NCBI RefSeq assembly: GCF_023256325.1
Contig: NZ_JAGDXI010000006.1
Span: 47,091-111,090, forward strand
Reading direction: 5' to 3'
Origin: Caldisphaera sp.
GTDB lineage: Archaea; Thermoproteota; Thermoprotei_A; Sulfolobales; Acidilobaceae
Length of the DNA stretch: 64,000 bases
Positions 9,363-19,967 of the stretch are shown here, piece by piece. The notes under the pieces were generated by a model. That model saw only the letters and a list, made by a program, of their open reading frames with translations. It had not been told where the DNA came from and made no database searches. The translations under genes were made by a program, and so were the position numbers. Position 1 is the first letter of the stretch. The number at the start of each line of letters is the position of its first letter.

Positions 9363-10558
9363 TCAGCTTCAGCCTCTCTCAGCGTATCGTAAGATATTGG
9401 GGCGCCTCTACCTACTATTGTATTGATAAGCAAATCTTTTAAAACTTGAGTTATCATTTTACCCCTCTTATCGCTGTAAGCAATTGTTATAGATTCCGAG
9501 CTTTGTTTTGTTATGGAATCATTAATTAACATTTGAACAGGTTCTGTATTGTAGATGTTAGTTAATATCTCTAAGGTTTTTTCTGTATACTCCAATCTAA
9601 ATATTCTTCCTTTACTAATACTTTGATATCTGCTCGGAGGTATTAATACATATTCTACGATTTTTTCTAATCCATCGGATTTAATCTTAATTTTAGGGGT
9701 CGTTAGTATTTTTCCATAATAATTATTATAGCAGCTGGAATACAACATTTTTTGTATTATTAATAAATCATTAAAATTCGAATAATGGCCTATGCATTGA
9801 TCAAAAATGGCTGAAAACTCTTGTAATTTTCCTAATATTTTCCCTCTCTCTAGCCTTTTTACTATTCCAATAACAGGTATATTTTGTGCTTCCAGCAATT
9901 CTACACTTTTAGCTCTATTTATCATTAGTTCGAACTTTAAATTATCATTTTTGTTGTCTAATAAAAATATTGGGCCATCAAGCAATACAACAAATTTTTT
10001 ATTTTTGCCTTTAAAATATTTTCCTAAGGCATATGATGGTTCAATAAGCGCCCAAGACTCCAATTTGAGCCTTGAATAATCCATAAATTTAGATATATCA
10101 TCCTCACTATTTAAGAAGCCTATCTGACTGATTGCTCCATTCAAATTATCAGATAAATCTAAGTCATCCGATGCTACATATATGAATGGTTCTGGCTTTA
10201 CTGGTATGTATGCTAAATCCGGATATAGGTATGGCCAATCACTTAACTCTACAGGTCCTTGACCAGATATTGAAACGGCAGAAATCATTATGTCTGCCTC
10301 AGGAGTCATTATTGCTCTGCTACTTGAATCAATTCCTATCATGAAAAAGTTTTTATCTTGTATGATTTTTTTGTTATTGAAAAATCTTGATGAGTATTCA
10401 TAGAGTTCTACATTGGTTTCCATTTCGTTCAAATCATCGTTACCAATTATATCTTTTAAAGTTAGAGAAAATTTTTTCTGAGTTGAAGTAGTTTTATATG
10501 ATTTTACTATATCATTTCCTAGATTATTTATTATTTTTGTTGGAAGATCAAAGCTCAA
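9341..10558 (-). CDS. NurA-domain nuclease-like protein
   Basis: 405 aa. NurA-like acidic motifs FMIGIDSSSRAI and VVLLDGPIF. Translationally coupled to the HerA-like ATPase. Confidence 0.55.
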   Translation of the reverse strand: MSFDLPTKIINNLGNDIVKSYKTTSTQKKFSLTLKDIIGNDDLNEMETNVELYEYSSRFFNNKKIIQDKNFFMIGIDSSSRAIMTPEADIMISAVSISGQGPVELSDWPYLYPDLAYIPVKPEPFIYVASDDLDLSDNLNGAISQIGFLNSEDDISKFMDYSRLKLESWALIEPSYALGKYFKGKNKKFVVLLDGPIFLLDNKNDNLKFELMINRAKSVELLEAQNIPVIGIVKRLERGKILGKLQEFSAIFDQCIGHYSNFNDLLIIQKMLYSSCYNNYYGKILTTPKIKIKSDGLEKIVEYVLIPPSRYQSISKGRIFRLEYTEKTLEILTNIYNTEPVQMLINDSITKQSSESITIAYSDKRGKMITQVLKDLLINTIVGRGAPISYDTLREAEAEWIKRKQ

Positions 10559-10638
10559 CTCAATCGCCTATCATCTTATAATAATATGCGTATTACCATA
10601 TATATATTTAATAAAATATTAATTTTGAAAAATCAAAA

Positions 10639-11229
10639 CTATATGCTAGCATCTATTATTAGCTTTATTGCGTCGATAATTAAATTTTCATCTAATGATG
10701 GATAATTAAATTTTTTCATCTCGATTACTTGTTTGTGCGTTAAAGGTATGTGAATAAATCCTCCTTTAATACCTTTTTCATTTGCTAACTTCATAATCTT
10801 GTAAAATACCTCATTGCAAAGATATGTACCAGCATGGAATGAGTAATAAGCTGGAATTCCTTTTGACCATAAAATTTTTCTTATTTCTTCATAGGGCAGG
10901 CCTGTATATAAAGCCGCGGGTCCATCTTCTACTGAATCATCTATTTCTTTCTCATCATTAAAGTAATAGGAATTTATAGCTACCCTTTCTATTCTTATTC
11001 CAGTGGCTCCAGGAGCCAATCCTAAGCCAATAACTAGATCAGGTTTTATTTCATAAAATTTTTTATCAAGAATCTTTATTGCTTCTTTATGAATAACAGG
11101 TAATTCGATCCCATAAATTTTGTACTTATCAGTTTCAAAGTTATTTAATTTTTTTGCTATATCTCCACTTGGGTTATAATTAAATTCTAAAAAAGGTTCA
11201 AACCCTGTTAAGAGCACCCTTTTTTGCAT
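10639..11229 (-). CDS. pcp: Pyrrolidone-carboxylate peptidase (peptidase C15)
   Basis: 196 aa. VLLTGFEPF N-terminus, catalytic Cys in AGTYLCNEVFY, His in GGFIHIP. Confidence 0.85.
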   Translation of the reverse strand: MQKRVLLTGFEPFLEFNYNPSGDIAKKLNNFETDKYKIYGIELPVIHKEAIKILDKKFYEIKPDLVIGLGLAPGATGIRIERVAINSYYFNDEKEIDDSVEDGPAALYTGLPYEEIRKILWSKGIPAYYSFHAGTYLCNEVFYKIMKLANEKGIKGGFIHIPLTHKQVIEMKKFNYPSLDENLIIDAIKLIIDASI

Positions 11230-11438
11230 CTTTTGCTAACCCTAACTATTAATGATTATTGGCTATTAAAAATTTTTATTTTTAAACAATTTTTAAAGAT
11301 TTTCTGTTTTCAGAACAATGTTAAATAAATACTCCTAGAATAATTTAAAAAGATTTTATAACAAAGTTTTAGTTAATTGATATACTTAATGGGTACTTTT
11401 CATAGATCCCTATTAATATACTAATTAACTAAAATTCA

Positions 11439-12323
11439 TTATGGAGAAGTTATTGATTTCAAGAAGTTGTTAACTGCATTGTAATAATATTTTGGATTTT
11501 CTAAGAAGTTAAGGTGTGATGAATTTGGAATAACATACAGTAAAGAATTCTTTATGTTATCATGTATAACTTGCGCAACTCTAGGTGTGACTTCATCATG
11601 TTCACCCACTAAAATCAATGTGGGTATATTTATATTCTTTATATCATTAGTTATATCTATATCTTTGATAGATCCTGTTATTTCAAATTCAGTGGGTCCA
11701 TTCATTATTTTGTAGATTTTCCTATTAGAAATAGAATTAAAGGTATTTTGAACAAAATCTGGAAATCTGTGGAACATAAAAAGATGCCTTATATAGAACT
11801 CATTGACAGCTTTTGTGCACTTTTCGCTCGAGAAATCATTATTCCTTTCACATTCATATATAGTATTTTTAGTTTGTTCCGGTAATTTTTCTATTAATCT
11901 CCTCATTTCTTTAACTGTTAAAGGAACACTTGATAGTCCGCTTGAAACTATAAGCCCTTTTAAATTATTTTGATACTTTATAGCATAAGCTAATGCTAAA
12001 AGACCACCCCAAGAATGACCTAGTAATATAATTTTATCTTTGGCTAGTTTCTTTCTTACTTCTTCTACCTCTTCAACATAATATTCCAATCTGGCACAAT
12101 TTTGAAGGTCCTTTGCTTCTTCTGATTTTCCGCAACCGCATTGATCATAAAAAATTACTGTATTATTTTCTCTTGCAAATGATGATAATGGTAATAGATA
12201 ATCATGAGAACCGCCTGGTCCACCATGAAGTATTAACATTTTGTTTTTACCATGTCCATAAATTTTATAATAAAGGTTTACGCCAAAGACGTTGATAAAC
12301 CCATCTTTATAATTATCAAACAA
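11439..12323 (-). CDS. Proline iminopeptidase-like alpha/beta hydrolase
   Basis: 294 aa. HGGPGGSH oxyanion motif, nucleophile elbow GHSWGG, C-terminal SSH. TTG start. Confidence 0.75.
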   Translation of the reverse strand: MFDNYKDGFINVFGVNLYYKIYGHGKNKMLILHGGPGGSHDYLLPLSSFARENNTVIFYDQCGCGKSEEAKDLQNCARLEYYVEEVEEVRKKLAKDKIILLGHSWGGLLALAYAIKYQNNLKGLIVSSGLSSVPLTVKEMRRLIEKLPEQTKNTIYECERNNDFSSEKCTKAVNEFYIRHLFMFHRFPDFVQNTFNSISNRKIYKIMNGPTEFEITGSIKDIDITNDIKNINIPTLILVGEHDEVTPRVAQVIHDNIKNSLLYVIPNSSHLNFLENPKYYYNAVNNFLKSITSP

Positions 12324-12506
12324 GGTTTCACCAGTGTTATTATGATAATCTAAGATATTTAAATTTTAGATCAAGTTTATTTATCAAAGTAAATTATTTT
12401 CTTATATGTAGAGTCAAACAGTTTTTACGTAATAAAATAAAATATCTAATGAAAAACTCGAAACGTTTATAAAATGTATACCAATTTTTTGTATTTGTGA
12501 TCACAA

Positions 12507-13745
12507 ATGGTTAACACAATTAAGATAGCGGCTGTAATTTTCTTGGCTTTAGCTATAATTGGGTTTGGCCTTTTTGCTTATGAATACAGTATTAAGACCA
12601 AAATTTATCAGCAGACCAATTCATCAATTAATAATACTGCAAGCAATTCTTATTTATTTTCTATTCCAATGATAGGTATAGTTACACCTATGGCTATGGA
12701 GCAGGCACCAATATTGGCTGTGATGAAAAATGTGACAGAAATTAATATAAGTGGTTATACTTTCTACGTTGGTAAAATAGGAAATCAATGGGTAGTTAAT
12801 GTAAGAAGTGGAGAAAAAGAATATGCAGCTGAACTAGCTACTTATATTATGGATACTCATTTTCATATAATAGCTAACATATTAAGTGGGACAGCAGGTT
12901 CTAGAAATCCTTATGTGTTACCTGGTGATGTCGTTATTGGAGCGTATGTTGTTGATAAGTCATCAATTCATTATCATAATAGAGGATTTCAAAGTGATTA
13001 TACAGGTGTAGAAATGGTTGTAAGCAACAAAAGCCTAATTAATAACTCTATAATAGGCGGTTATGGAGAAGTGGGTCCAACTTTGCAAAATGCCTCATAT
13101 TATGGTTATGGCCCAGGTACAACCGATAAAAATTATGTTTATATTGCTGCATTTCCTGCTTCTCTTGGTTTAGTACAAATTGCACAACAAGCTCAACTAG
13201 GTTATTTACCCGCATCTAATATATCTAGCAATAGTACTATAAATGGGCTAGTTAAATCTCAAATTATTGTTGGAGTAATAGGATCCGCTAATCAATGGAC
13301 TGAACCATTAGTTTGGCAATTGGATCAAAATGCTTTGTATCAAACTGATGCAGGAGAAAACGAAGGCATGGGTTTTGCTTATGTAAATGCAGAACTTGGA
13401 ATTCCATGGATTATAGTTAGAGGGATATCCGATTCTCCATGGTTTCCAAACACATATATAGGAGTTTATGCAGCACAAGAAGCAGCAAATGTAACGATTT
13501 ACATAATAGAGCATTTCTCATACTCAAATCTATATCAAACTGTAAACGAAAGCATATTATCGAACGTGTCAAATGCTAAGCTGAATCATTATCTTATAGC
13601 TTTAAGAGCATATTATAGTGTTGGAAACGTAACTATGATAAAATATTTAGCAAGCAATGGAACTATAATTACAATAATATCTCCTAATATAAGTGAATAT
13701 ACATATGCTTATGGATATAAAGTACTAGATAGTAGAATTTCATAA
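12507..13745 (+). CDS. Membrane-anchored, probably extracellular PNP/UDP-phosphorylase (MTA/SAH nucleosidase)-fold protein
   Basis: 412 aa. N-terminal TM anchor IAAVIFLALAIIGFGLFAY. Nucleosidase-like IGIVTPMAMEQ...SGTAGS...PGDVVIG...IVRGISDSP. Many N-x-S/T sequons. Confidence 0.5.
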   Translation: MVNTIKIAAVIFLALAIIGFGLFAYEYSIKTKIYQQTNSSINNTASNSYLFSIPMIGIVTPMAMEQAPILAVMKNVTEINISGYTFYVGKIGNQWVVNVRSGEKEYAAELATYIMDTHFHIIANILSGTAGSRNPYVLPGDVVIGAYVVDKSSIHYHNRGFQSDYTGVEMVVSNKSLINNSIIGGYGEVGPTLQNASYYGYGPGTTDKNYVYIAAFPASLGLVQIAQQAQLGYLPASNISSNSTINGLVKSQIIVGVIGSANQWTEPLVWQLDQNALYQTDAGENEGMGFAYVNAELGIPWIIVRGISDSPWFPNTYIGVYAAQEAANVTIYIIEHFSYSNLYQTVNESILSNVSNAKLNHYLIALRAYYSVGNVTMIKYLASNGTIITIISPNISEYTYAYGYKVLDSRIS

Positions 13746-13903
13746 ATTTAAACATTATTTATTTAAACATTAATTTTTATTTTTAGAAGAAAAGAAGCTG
13801 TGTTTTCTAACATAACATTTTGATGCAGTAATTGTTGATTTTCCGATAATACTTTTCCCCCATAAGCTAATTATTTTTGTCACAAAAATATTACCTTAAA
13901 TAA

Positions 13904-14767
13904 TTAGGGAGTACCTTTTCTGTATAGTTCTATTATTGAGGACACATCAAGTTCCCCAAATCCCAAACCTTCAGCAATTTTTAATAAATTAGAGATCAAA
14001 GAAGTAGTTGGTAATGGAACTTTAAGTTTTTGTCCTTCTCTTATCATTATCTCCGTATCTTTTCTCATGTGTTTTAATGCAAACTGTACATCAAAATTTG
14101 AATTTACCATTTTTGATAATTTTAAAATGCTTGCTGGAGATCTAGTACTGCTAATATTTAGGAATAAATCAGTTATAGCATCTTTGGAGATTCCAGCACG
14201 TTCAGCAAAATGAATTGCTTCAGCTAATCCATTAATAAATGATGCGAAAATCATGTTTCCTGCTAATTTCATGTAAAGTCCCATACCATTATTACCAGCA
14301 TAAATTATTTTTCCTGCGGTGTTACTTAATAAATTTCTTACTTCTTCAAAATGATCCTTAGGACCGCCAACTATTATTGAAACTTTTTTCTGTTCTACAT
14401 CGACTGACGTGCCCATCATGGGTGCATCAAACATTAATCCTCCATTTAAGAATACATTATTCGCTAAGTTTATACTCGTGGTAGGAGATATAGTTGATAG
14501 ATCTATAATAGTCTTCCCTTTCGCATAGGGTAAGATCTTGTAGATTGTATCAGAAACTGCATCATCATCTGATAAAACCGTTAATATTACATCGGAATTC
14601 TTTGCTAATTCTTCAACTGATTTTGATATATTAACATCATAAATCTTGGAAAATTCTTCAGCTTTTGAATAAGTTCTGTTGTAAACAAAATTAAGCAAGT
14701 TTACCTTTTTTAAATTTGCTGCAATCCTATAACCCATAACTCCTAATCCGATTAAACCTACTTTCAA
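13904..14767 (-). CDS. NAD(P)-dependent beta-hydroxyacid (3-hydroxyisobutyrate/6-phosphogluconate-like) dehydrogenase
   Basis: 287 aa. Rossmann N-terminus MKVGLIGLGVMG, DAPMMGT, KLAGNM motifs. Confidence 0.8.
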   Translation of the reverse strand: MKVGLIGLGVMGYRIAANLKKVNLLNFVYNRTYSKAEEFSKIYDVNISKSVEELAKNSDVILTVLSDDDAVSDTIYKILPYAKGKTIIDLSTISPTTSINLANNVFLNGGLMFDAPMMGTSVDVEQKKVSIIVGGPKDHFEEVRNLLSNTAGKIIYAGNNGMGLYMKLAGNMIFASFINGLAEAIHFAERAGISKDAITDLFLNISSTRSPASILKLSKMVNSNFDVQFALKHMRKDTEIMIREGQKLKVPLPTTSLISNLLKIAEGLGFGELDVSSIIELYRKGTP

Positions 14768-14856
14768 ATCTATTTCATCTCCGCTTTAATAATGTTTTAT
14801 TTTTAGTTAAAACGTTTTAATTAAATGAATTGCAATAAATCAATTTATTATGAAAA

Positions 14857-16401
14857 TCAATGTATTAGATTTTGATCTGAGCTCTTATAAACTATATCTC
14901 CATTAATAATAGTTATTAATACTTTGTTATAAAAATAATCTTCCATGGGATCTTTGTCTAAAATTATAAGATCTCCTTTTTTACCTATCTCTATTTTACC
15001 TATATCATTCCTATCTATAGCTAACGAAGAGTCATTTGTATAAGCATTATAGGCTTCTAAAATACTAAAGGCTTCATGTTGTGTATATTTAAATAATTCA
15101 ATGTTTTGATTTTTCCCTCTATTTACTGCTGAATCAATGGTAAAAAATGGATTTATAGGTTCAACAGGAGAATCTGTTGAAAACGCAACATTTATTCCAT
15201 AGTTTATCAATGTTTTAAAAGGATATACCCAAGTAGATCTTTTCTTTCCTACTCTGTTTATTATCCAATAATCTGATATTATAAAATGAGGTTGAACAAC
15301 AACAAAAGGTTCAATTTTTGCAATTTTAGGAAATTGATCATCTCTAATAAGCGAAGCATGTTCAATCCTATTCCTTTTTCCACACCTTTCATAGACCCAA
15401 ATTACGTTATCTATTCCTTTATCTCCTATTGCGTGTATTGCAGTTTTTAGGTTTAGTTCTTTTGCTCTCATACAATTTTCTAGTAGATCTTCTTTACTCA
15501 TAGCTTCATAGCCATGGTTTGTAGGCTCATCATCATAAGGATATGACAATAAAGCTGTTCTAGATCCAAATGATCCATCAGCAAATAACTTTATTCCTTT
15601 TATTGCAAGAATATCATCGTTCTTAATTTCTCTTGATTTCTTCATTATTTCAGGTTTTAAATACGCTGAGATTCTAATCTTAAGCTTATTTTCTGACATT
15701 AACTCTATTAGAGACGTTAATGTCTTTTCATCGACGCTCATAAATCCTATAGATGTAACGCCATTTGCTAACAACTCGTTTTGTGCTAATTCTAATATTT
15801 CTTTTTGTTCATCAATATTTCTGCTTCCTCTTAATACTTTTCTTAGTTCTTCAAATGCCTCTTCTTTAATAATACCTGTAGGAGATCCATCTGGAAATTT
15901 TTCTATTCCGTATAGTTTTTGATTTACGTTTTTAAGTATGTTTATGGCATTTTGATTTATTAGAGCGGAATGTAGATCAATTCTAGAAAAAAACAAGGGT
16001 TTATCACTGGAGCAGTTATCAATATCGTGATGATTAGGCCATCTTTTTTCTATAAATTTTTCTTGGTCCCATCCATGGCCAAATATCCACGTTTTAAATT
16101 TGTCTTTTTCTCTAGAAATATAATTACATAACTGGTTAATTGAATTTATTTCTTTTAAATTTATCCCTTTTATGAATTCTCCAAGTTCATCTAAATGCAT
16201 GTGGGCATCTATAAATCCAGGAATTACGAATTTATTTTGTAGATCTATTATTTCAATCTTTTCTTTCTTAGCAAAGTTAATAATTTTATCATTGTTGTCA
16301 ATAATTTTATAAAGGCCATTATAGATTAAAACACCCCCGCTTTTTCTAAAAGGTGAAAACGATGTGTATATAGTTCCATTAACTAATGCTATAGATCCCA
16401 T
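14857..16401 (-). CDS. Amidohydrolase family (Amidohydro_3 / YtcJ-like) metal-dependent hydrolase
   Basis: 514 aa. N-terminal beta-sandwich (ALVNGTIYT), metal-binding PGFIDAHMHL, AIHAIGD, FSTDSPV. Confidence 0.75.
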   Translation of the reverse strand: MGSIALVNGTIYTSFSPFRKSGGVLIYNGLYKIIDNNDKIINFAKKEKIEIIDLQNKFVIPGFIDAHMHLDELGEFIKGINLKEINSINQLCNYISREKDKFKTWIFGHGWDQEKFIEKRWPNHHDIDNCSSDKPLFFSRIDLHSALINQNAINILKNVNQKLYGIEKFPDGSPTGIIKEEAFEELRKVLRGSRNIDEQKEILELAQNELLANGVTSIGFMSVDEKTLTSLIELMSENKLKIRISAYLKPEIMKKSREIKNDDILAIKGIKLFADGSFGSRTALLSYPYDDEPTNHGYEAMSKEDLLENCMRAKELNLKTAIHAIGDKGIDNVIWVYERCGKRNRIEHASLIRDDQFPKIAKIEPFVVVQPHFIISDYWIINRVGKKRSTWVYPFKTLINYGINVAFSTDSPVEPINPFFTIDSAVNRGKNQNIELFKYTQHEAFSILEAYNAYTNDSSLAIDRNDIGKIEIGKKGDLIILDKDPMEDYFYNKVLITIINGDIVYKSSDQNLIH

Positions 16402-16570
16402 AAAATTTCACCAAAATCCATTTCTTACATATTTTATTTTAGTTTAAAAATATTAACACTTTAGAATAATATCCTAATAATGTAGTTTATGATGTTTATC
16501 AATCACTTTGGGTCAATTTTTAAAAGATTTTTATATTAGAAGTAAGTCATTTATGAATTGTGAATAAGAT

Positions 16571-17134
16571 TTGAATGAAGAAAAACTAACAACTAATGTT
16601 TTGATACTAGAGCTATCTACAATGATAGTAGCTATAGCATTAGCATTTAGCGCTCAATCTTTATCGAATAGTTTTACATTGTTTAACATTATAGATTATA
16701 TCTTTGTTAACATAATTGTTGTATGGTTTTGGTGGAGGTATATAATGGACAGGTTTAAATATCCAGTAAAGAGAAATACTTTTCCATTTTATGATGTATT
16801 GTTATTAATTATAATTTCACTTTTACCTGAGGTTTTGAAAGTAGGAGACATCTTTTATTTATCAGGGACTTTAGCTGCGTTATCTTTTATATGGTCTCTT
16901 ATGCTAAGAAGTATCTTAAATGACTACAGAAGTGTCTTTGACCAGAGATCAACGAAGAGTATTAAGGAGCAGATTAATTTAAGAATATTTTTAGGATTAA
17001 TATTTTTAATAAGTTTTATAATTGGCTTTGTTTCTATAGCTATTGCTCATATAATATTCTTTGTAACTATTTTGGTTATTATTTATAATTCGGTAATTGA
17101 ATTAGTAAGAGCGAGAATTAACAGAAAGCGTTGA
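16571..17134 (+). CDS. Integral membrane protein of unknown function
   Basis: 187 aa, 5 hydrophobic helices, TTG start (start uncertain). No motif recognised. Confidence 0.4.
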   Translation: MNEEKLTTNVLILELSTMIVAIALAFSAQSLSNSFTLFNIIDYIFVNIIVVWFWWRYIMDRFKYPVKRNTFPFYDVLLLIIISLLPEVLKVGDIFYLSGTLAALSFIWSLMLRSILNDYRSVFDQRSTKSIKEQINLRIFLGLIFLISFIIGFVSIAIAHIIFFVTILVIIYNSVIELVRARINRKR

Positions 17135-17160
17135 TAAAAAGAAATTTAACTAAATTATGG

Positions 17161-17868
17161 TTAATCAAAATTCTTAAAATAATTTCTTGCTTCATTAAAT
17201 TCATTTATTATTTTTATGCTGCTACTTGTTCCTAAAATATCAGCACCTGCATATAAATAAAGAAGCGCTTGTATTGCAGTTTTAATTCCTCCAGATGCCT
17301 TAATTTTTTGATTTTTGCTTACATTTTGTCTAATGATCAATATATCATCAATTGTCACACCTCTAGGACCAAATCCAGTGCATGTTTTAATGAAATCCCC
17401 ACCATGTTTTTCGATTATTTTAGAAACTTGTATAATGTTATTTTTATTTAAATATCCTGTCTCTATTATAAATTTTAATTTTGCTCCAAGTTGGTGCCCA
17501 AGTTCAGTGAGTTCTTCGACTTCTTTGTTTATAATATCAAACTTGTTCGACATCATAGCTATTAGATCCAATACAACATCTATCTCCTTTGCCCCATCAT
17601 TAATTGCTTTTTCAATTTGAATTTTCTTAATTTCTAATGGATCATTACCCATAGGAAAACTTATTACAGATGATATTCTAATGTTTGAAATTTCGGATGC
17701 ATATTTAACAGCGGATAAAGGTAATACTAATGATCTGAATCCATATTTTTTTGTTTCTTCAATTCCTCTAATGATTCCATCATATCCTTCTTCAGGCTTA
17801 AGAACAGTATGGTCAATTCTTTCTGCTAGTTCTCTTTCGTTATATGGTATGCTAATTTCATTTTTCAA
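17161..17868 (-). CDS. deoC: Deoxyribose-phosphate aldolase
   Basis: 235 aa. IDHTVLKPE, EIDVVLD, Schiff-base Lys in GDFIKTCTGFG, KASGGI. Confidence 0.8.
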   Translation of the reverse strand: MKNEISIPYNERELAERIDHTVLKPEEGYDGIIRGIEETKKYGFRSLVLPLSAVKYASEISNIRISSVISFPMGNDPLEIKKIQIEKAINDGAKEIDVVLDLIAMMSNKFDIINKEVEELTELGHQLGAKLKFIIETGYLNKNNIIQVSKIIEKHGGDFIKTCTGFGPRGVTIDDILIIRQNVSKNQKIKASGGIKTAIQALLYLYAGADILGTSSSIKIINEFNEARNYFKNFD

Positions 17869-17911
17869 ATATTATCACCAAAGTTTTAGTATACGGTTTG
17901 AAATTTAATAG

Positions 17912-19069
17912 TTACAGTAATAAAAATAAAGATGCCACCGTGCCTCTAGCTATTGCAGTATACAGAAACATATCTCTTAATATATGGTATCCATATTTTT
18001 GCTGTAAAATGTCATAAGTTATCCCGCCAATTTCTCCTCCCAATAATGCGGACAAACCCATTATAACGCTATAAGTTCCTATAGCAGATCTTTTGTCTTT
18101 GGAGTTATCAACTAAATATGAAAAGTATCCAACATTATTTATAGAATTTGAAACGCCTCCTAATACATTGGCTAGATAAATTCCGTTAATGTTAGGAGAT
18201 ATTGCGTAGGCTAATGCAAAAAAAGTGTTTGTTAGCCTACCTATGTATAAGGAGAGTTTAATGTGCCTAGATATAAAATATCCAAAAAATCTTTGTAATA
18301 GAATTGTGGAAGAAGTTGATATTATATTTATTATAGCAACTTGGAAAGTATTCATATGGAATACAAATATTTGGGCTAAAGGAAATAAAGGCCATGCAAA
18401 AGACCAAGTAATCATGTACAAAAAATTAAATAAGAAAAATTTTTTTAGTTTATTAAAGTCTTCTTTATTTATCCATACACTGTTTTTTGAAGTGTAATCT
18501 TCTTTGTAATCTATTCCAGTTACTATTAATGTTGAAATTAATGTAACAAAAGCTGATAATATAAATAAATATTTAACTAATAGGGTGTTATATTCCAAAT
18601 ATAGGCCTCCTAAGGCAATAACTGGTAAAGATCCAAGAGATGAATAAAAATATATCCTTGATAATGTCACGCTCCTGCTAACTCTGCTATAAAGTTCTAA
18701 ATAAAGAGAAAGACCAAATCCTGTTATTCCAGAGCTTATCATAATTAAGGAAACAAAAATTGTATACAGAGGACCTTGCGTAGTAACAAAAAATAAAGCT
18801 GCTAATGAGATACTTTTCAATATATTACCATATAAAATTAATGATTTGGGATTTTTCTTTGTGAGAGATGAAAGGTATTGAGAAATATTGGTAAAAAATG
18901 TTCCTGAAGTTGATACTATACCTAATAGATAACCGGGTAATCCTATCGTTGCACCAATAAAGGCTAAAAATGGAGAATATGAGCTAGATATCATACTGTT
19001 TATTAAGTTATATATTGAAAGTTTTGAAATAGCTTTTTTATCGTTTTCGCTATTACTCAATTTATTCAT
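17912..19069 (-). CDS. MFS-type transporter
   Basis: 385 aa, about 10-12 TM helices, MFS-like topology. No specific substrate motif. Confidence 0.6.
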   Translation of the reverse strand: MNKLSNSENDKKAISKLSIYNLINSMISSSYSPFLAFIGATIGLPGYLLGIVSTSGTFFTNISQYLSSLTKKNPKSLILYGNILKSISLAALFFVTTQGPLYTIFVSLIMISSGITGFGLSLYLELYSRVSRSVTLSRIYFYSSLGSLPVIALGGLYLEYNTLLVKYLFILSAFVTLISTLIVTGIDYKEDYTSKNSVWINKEDFNKLKKFFLFNFLYMITWSFAWPLFPLAQIFVFHMNTFQVAIINIISTSSTILLQRFFGYFISRHIKLSLYIGRLTNTFFALAYAISPNINGIYLANVLGGVSNSINNVGYFSYLVDNSKDKRSAIGTYSVIMGLSALLGGEIGGITYDILQQKYGYHILRDMFLYTAIARGTVASLFLLL

Positions 19070-19240
19070 TTCACCTCTTTAATTAGTAAAATATAAATTT
19101 AAAAGTTTAAACTATAAAAAAATTTATTTTTTAATAATTTTATCTTTAAATAGCTTTTTATAAACTGAAATTTACTTTTACTTAAAAAATTATATAAAGT
19201 AAATAAAATTGATCTTGCTGCACTATTTATTATTTTAATA

Positions 19241-19903
19241 TCAGATTTTTAACTCAAATACTATAAATCCCTCTGAATTTTCCTTTTTATTTATTGATAT
19301 ATGTTCAAATTCCAGGTTGTCCCCTTTTAAAACAAATGGAGGGTTAGTTTGTAATAATATTATTTGATCATTTTTGTAAAATAATTTCTTGTATTTGTTA
19401 AATGGATACCATACCCAATTATCAACATATCCATTAAAAATAAAATCTATATTTTTCTTTTGCTCTAATTTATACATTTCAATTATGTTTTTAAAATCAA
19501 GTCTATTTCCGCTATTAAAATAAAATCGATCTATTTCTTTAAAACCCATTGATTTTACTAAGGCTAGAGATGGTTCATTCTTTTCATTTACTGTTAATCT
19601 GAAGACTCTTTTTTTACTTAATTCTATAGCTTTTTCTGTTAGCTTTTTACCAATACCTTTCTTTCTAAAGTTTTTATTAACTCTTATACCCTCAAGCCAA
19701 GCAAAATCATCACATATTTTGGCGTGTATTATGCCCAAAATATTTCCGTTGCTATCAACAGCTTTAATAAAAAGTCCATCATTAATCCATTCATCAAAAA
19801 CTTCTTTTATATAATCTCCCCATTCAAATGTGTTTTTCGTTAGTTCCTCAACTAATTTTTTATCAGAATATATAACTTTTTCAAACTTAATATCTTGGAT
19901 CAT
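19241..19903 (-). CDS. GNAT-family N-acetyltransferase
   Basis: 220 aa. Acetyl-CoA binding motif VNKNFRKKGIGKKL. Confidence 0.7.
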   Translation of the reverse strand: MIQDIKFEKVIYSDKKLVEELTKNTFEWGDYIKEVFDEWINDGLFIKAVDSNGNILGIIHAKICDDFAWLEGIRVNKNFRKKGIGKKLTEKAIELSKKRVFRLTVNEKNEPSLALVKSMGFKEIDRFYFNSGNRLDFKNIIEMYKLEQKKNIDFIFNGYVDNWVWYPFNKYKKLFYKNDQIILLQTNPPFVLKGDNLEFEHISINKKENSEGFIVFELKI

Positions 19904-19967
19904 TTTAGCTCCTAGTTTTTACTTATAAAGATTAAATATATACATCTAACTCTATAAGACTAAGTAA

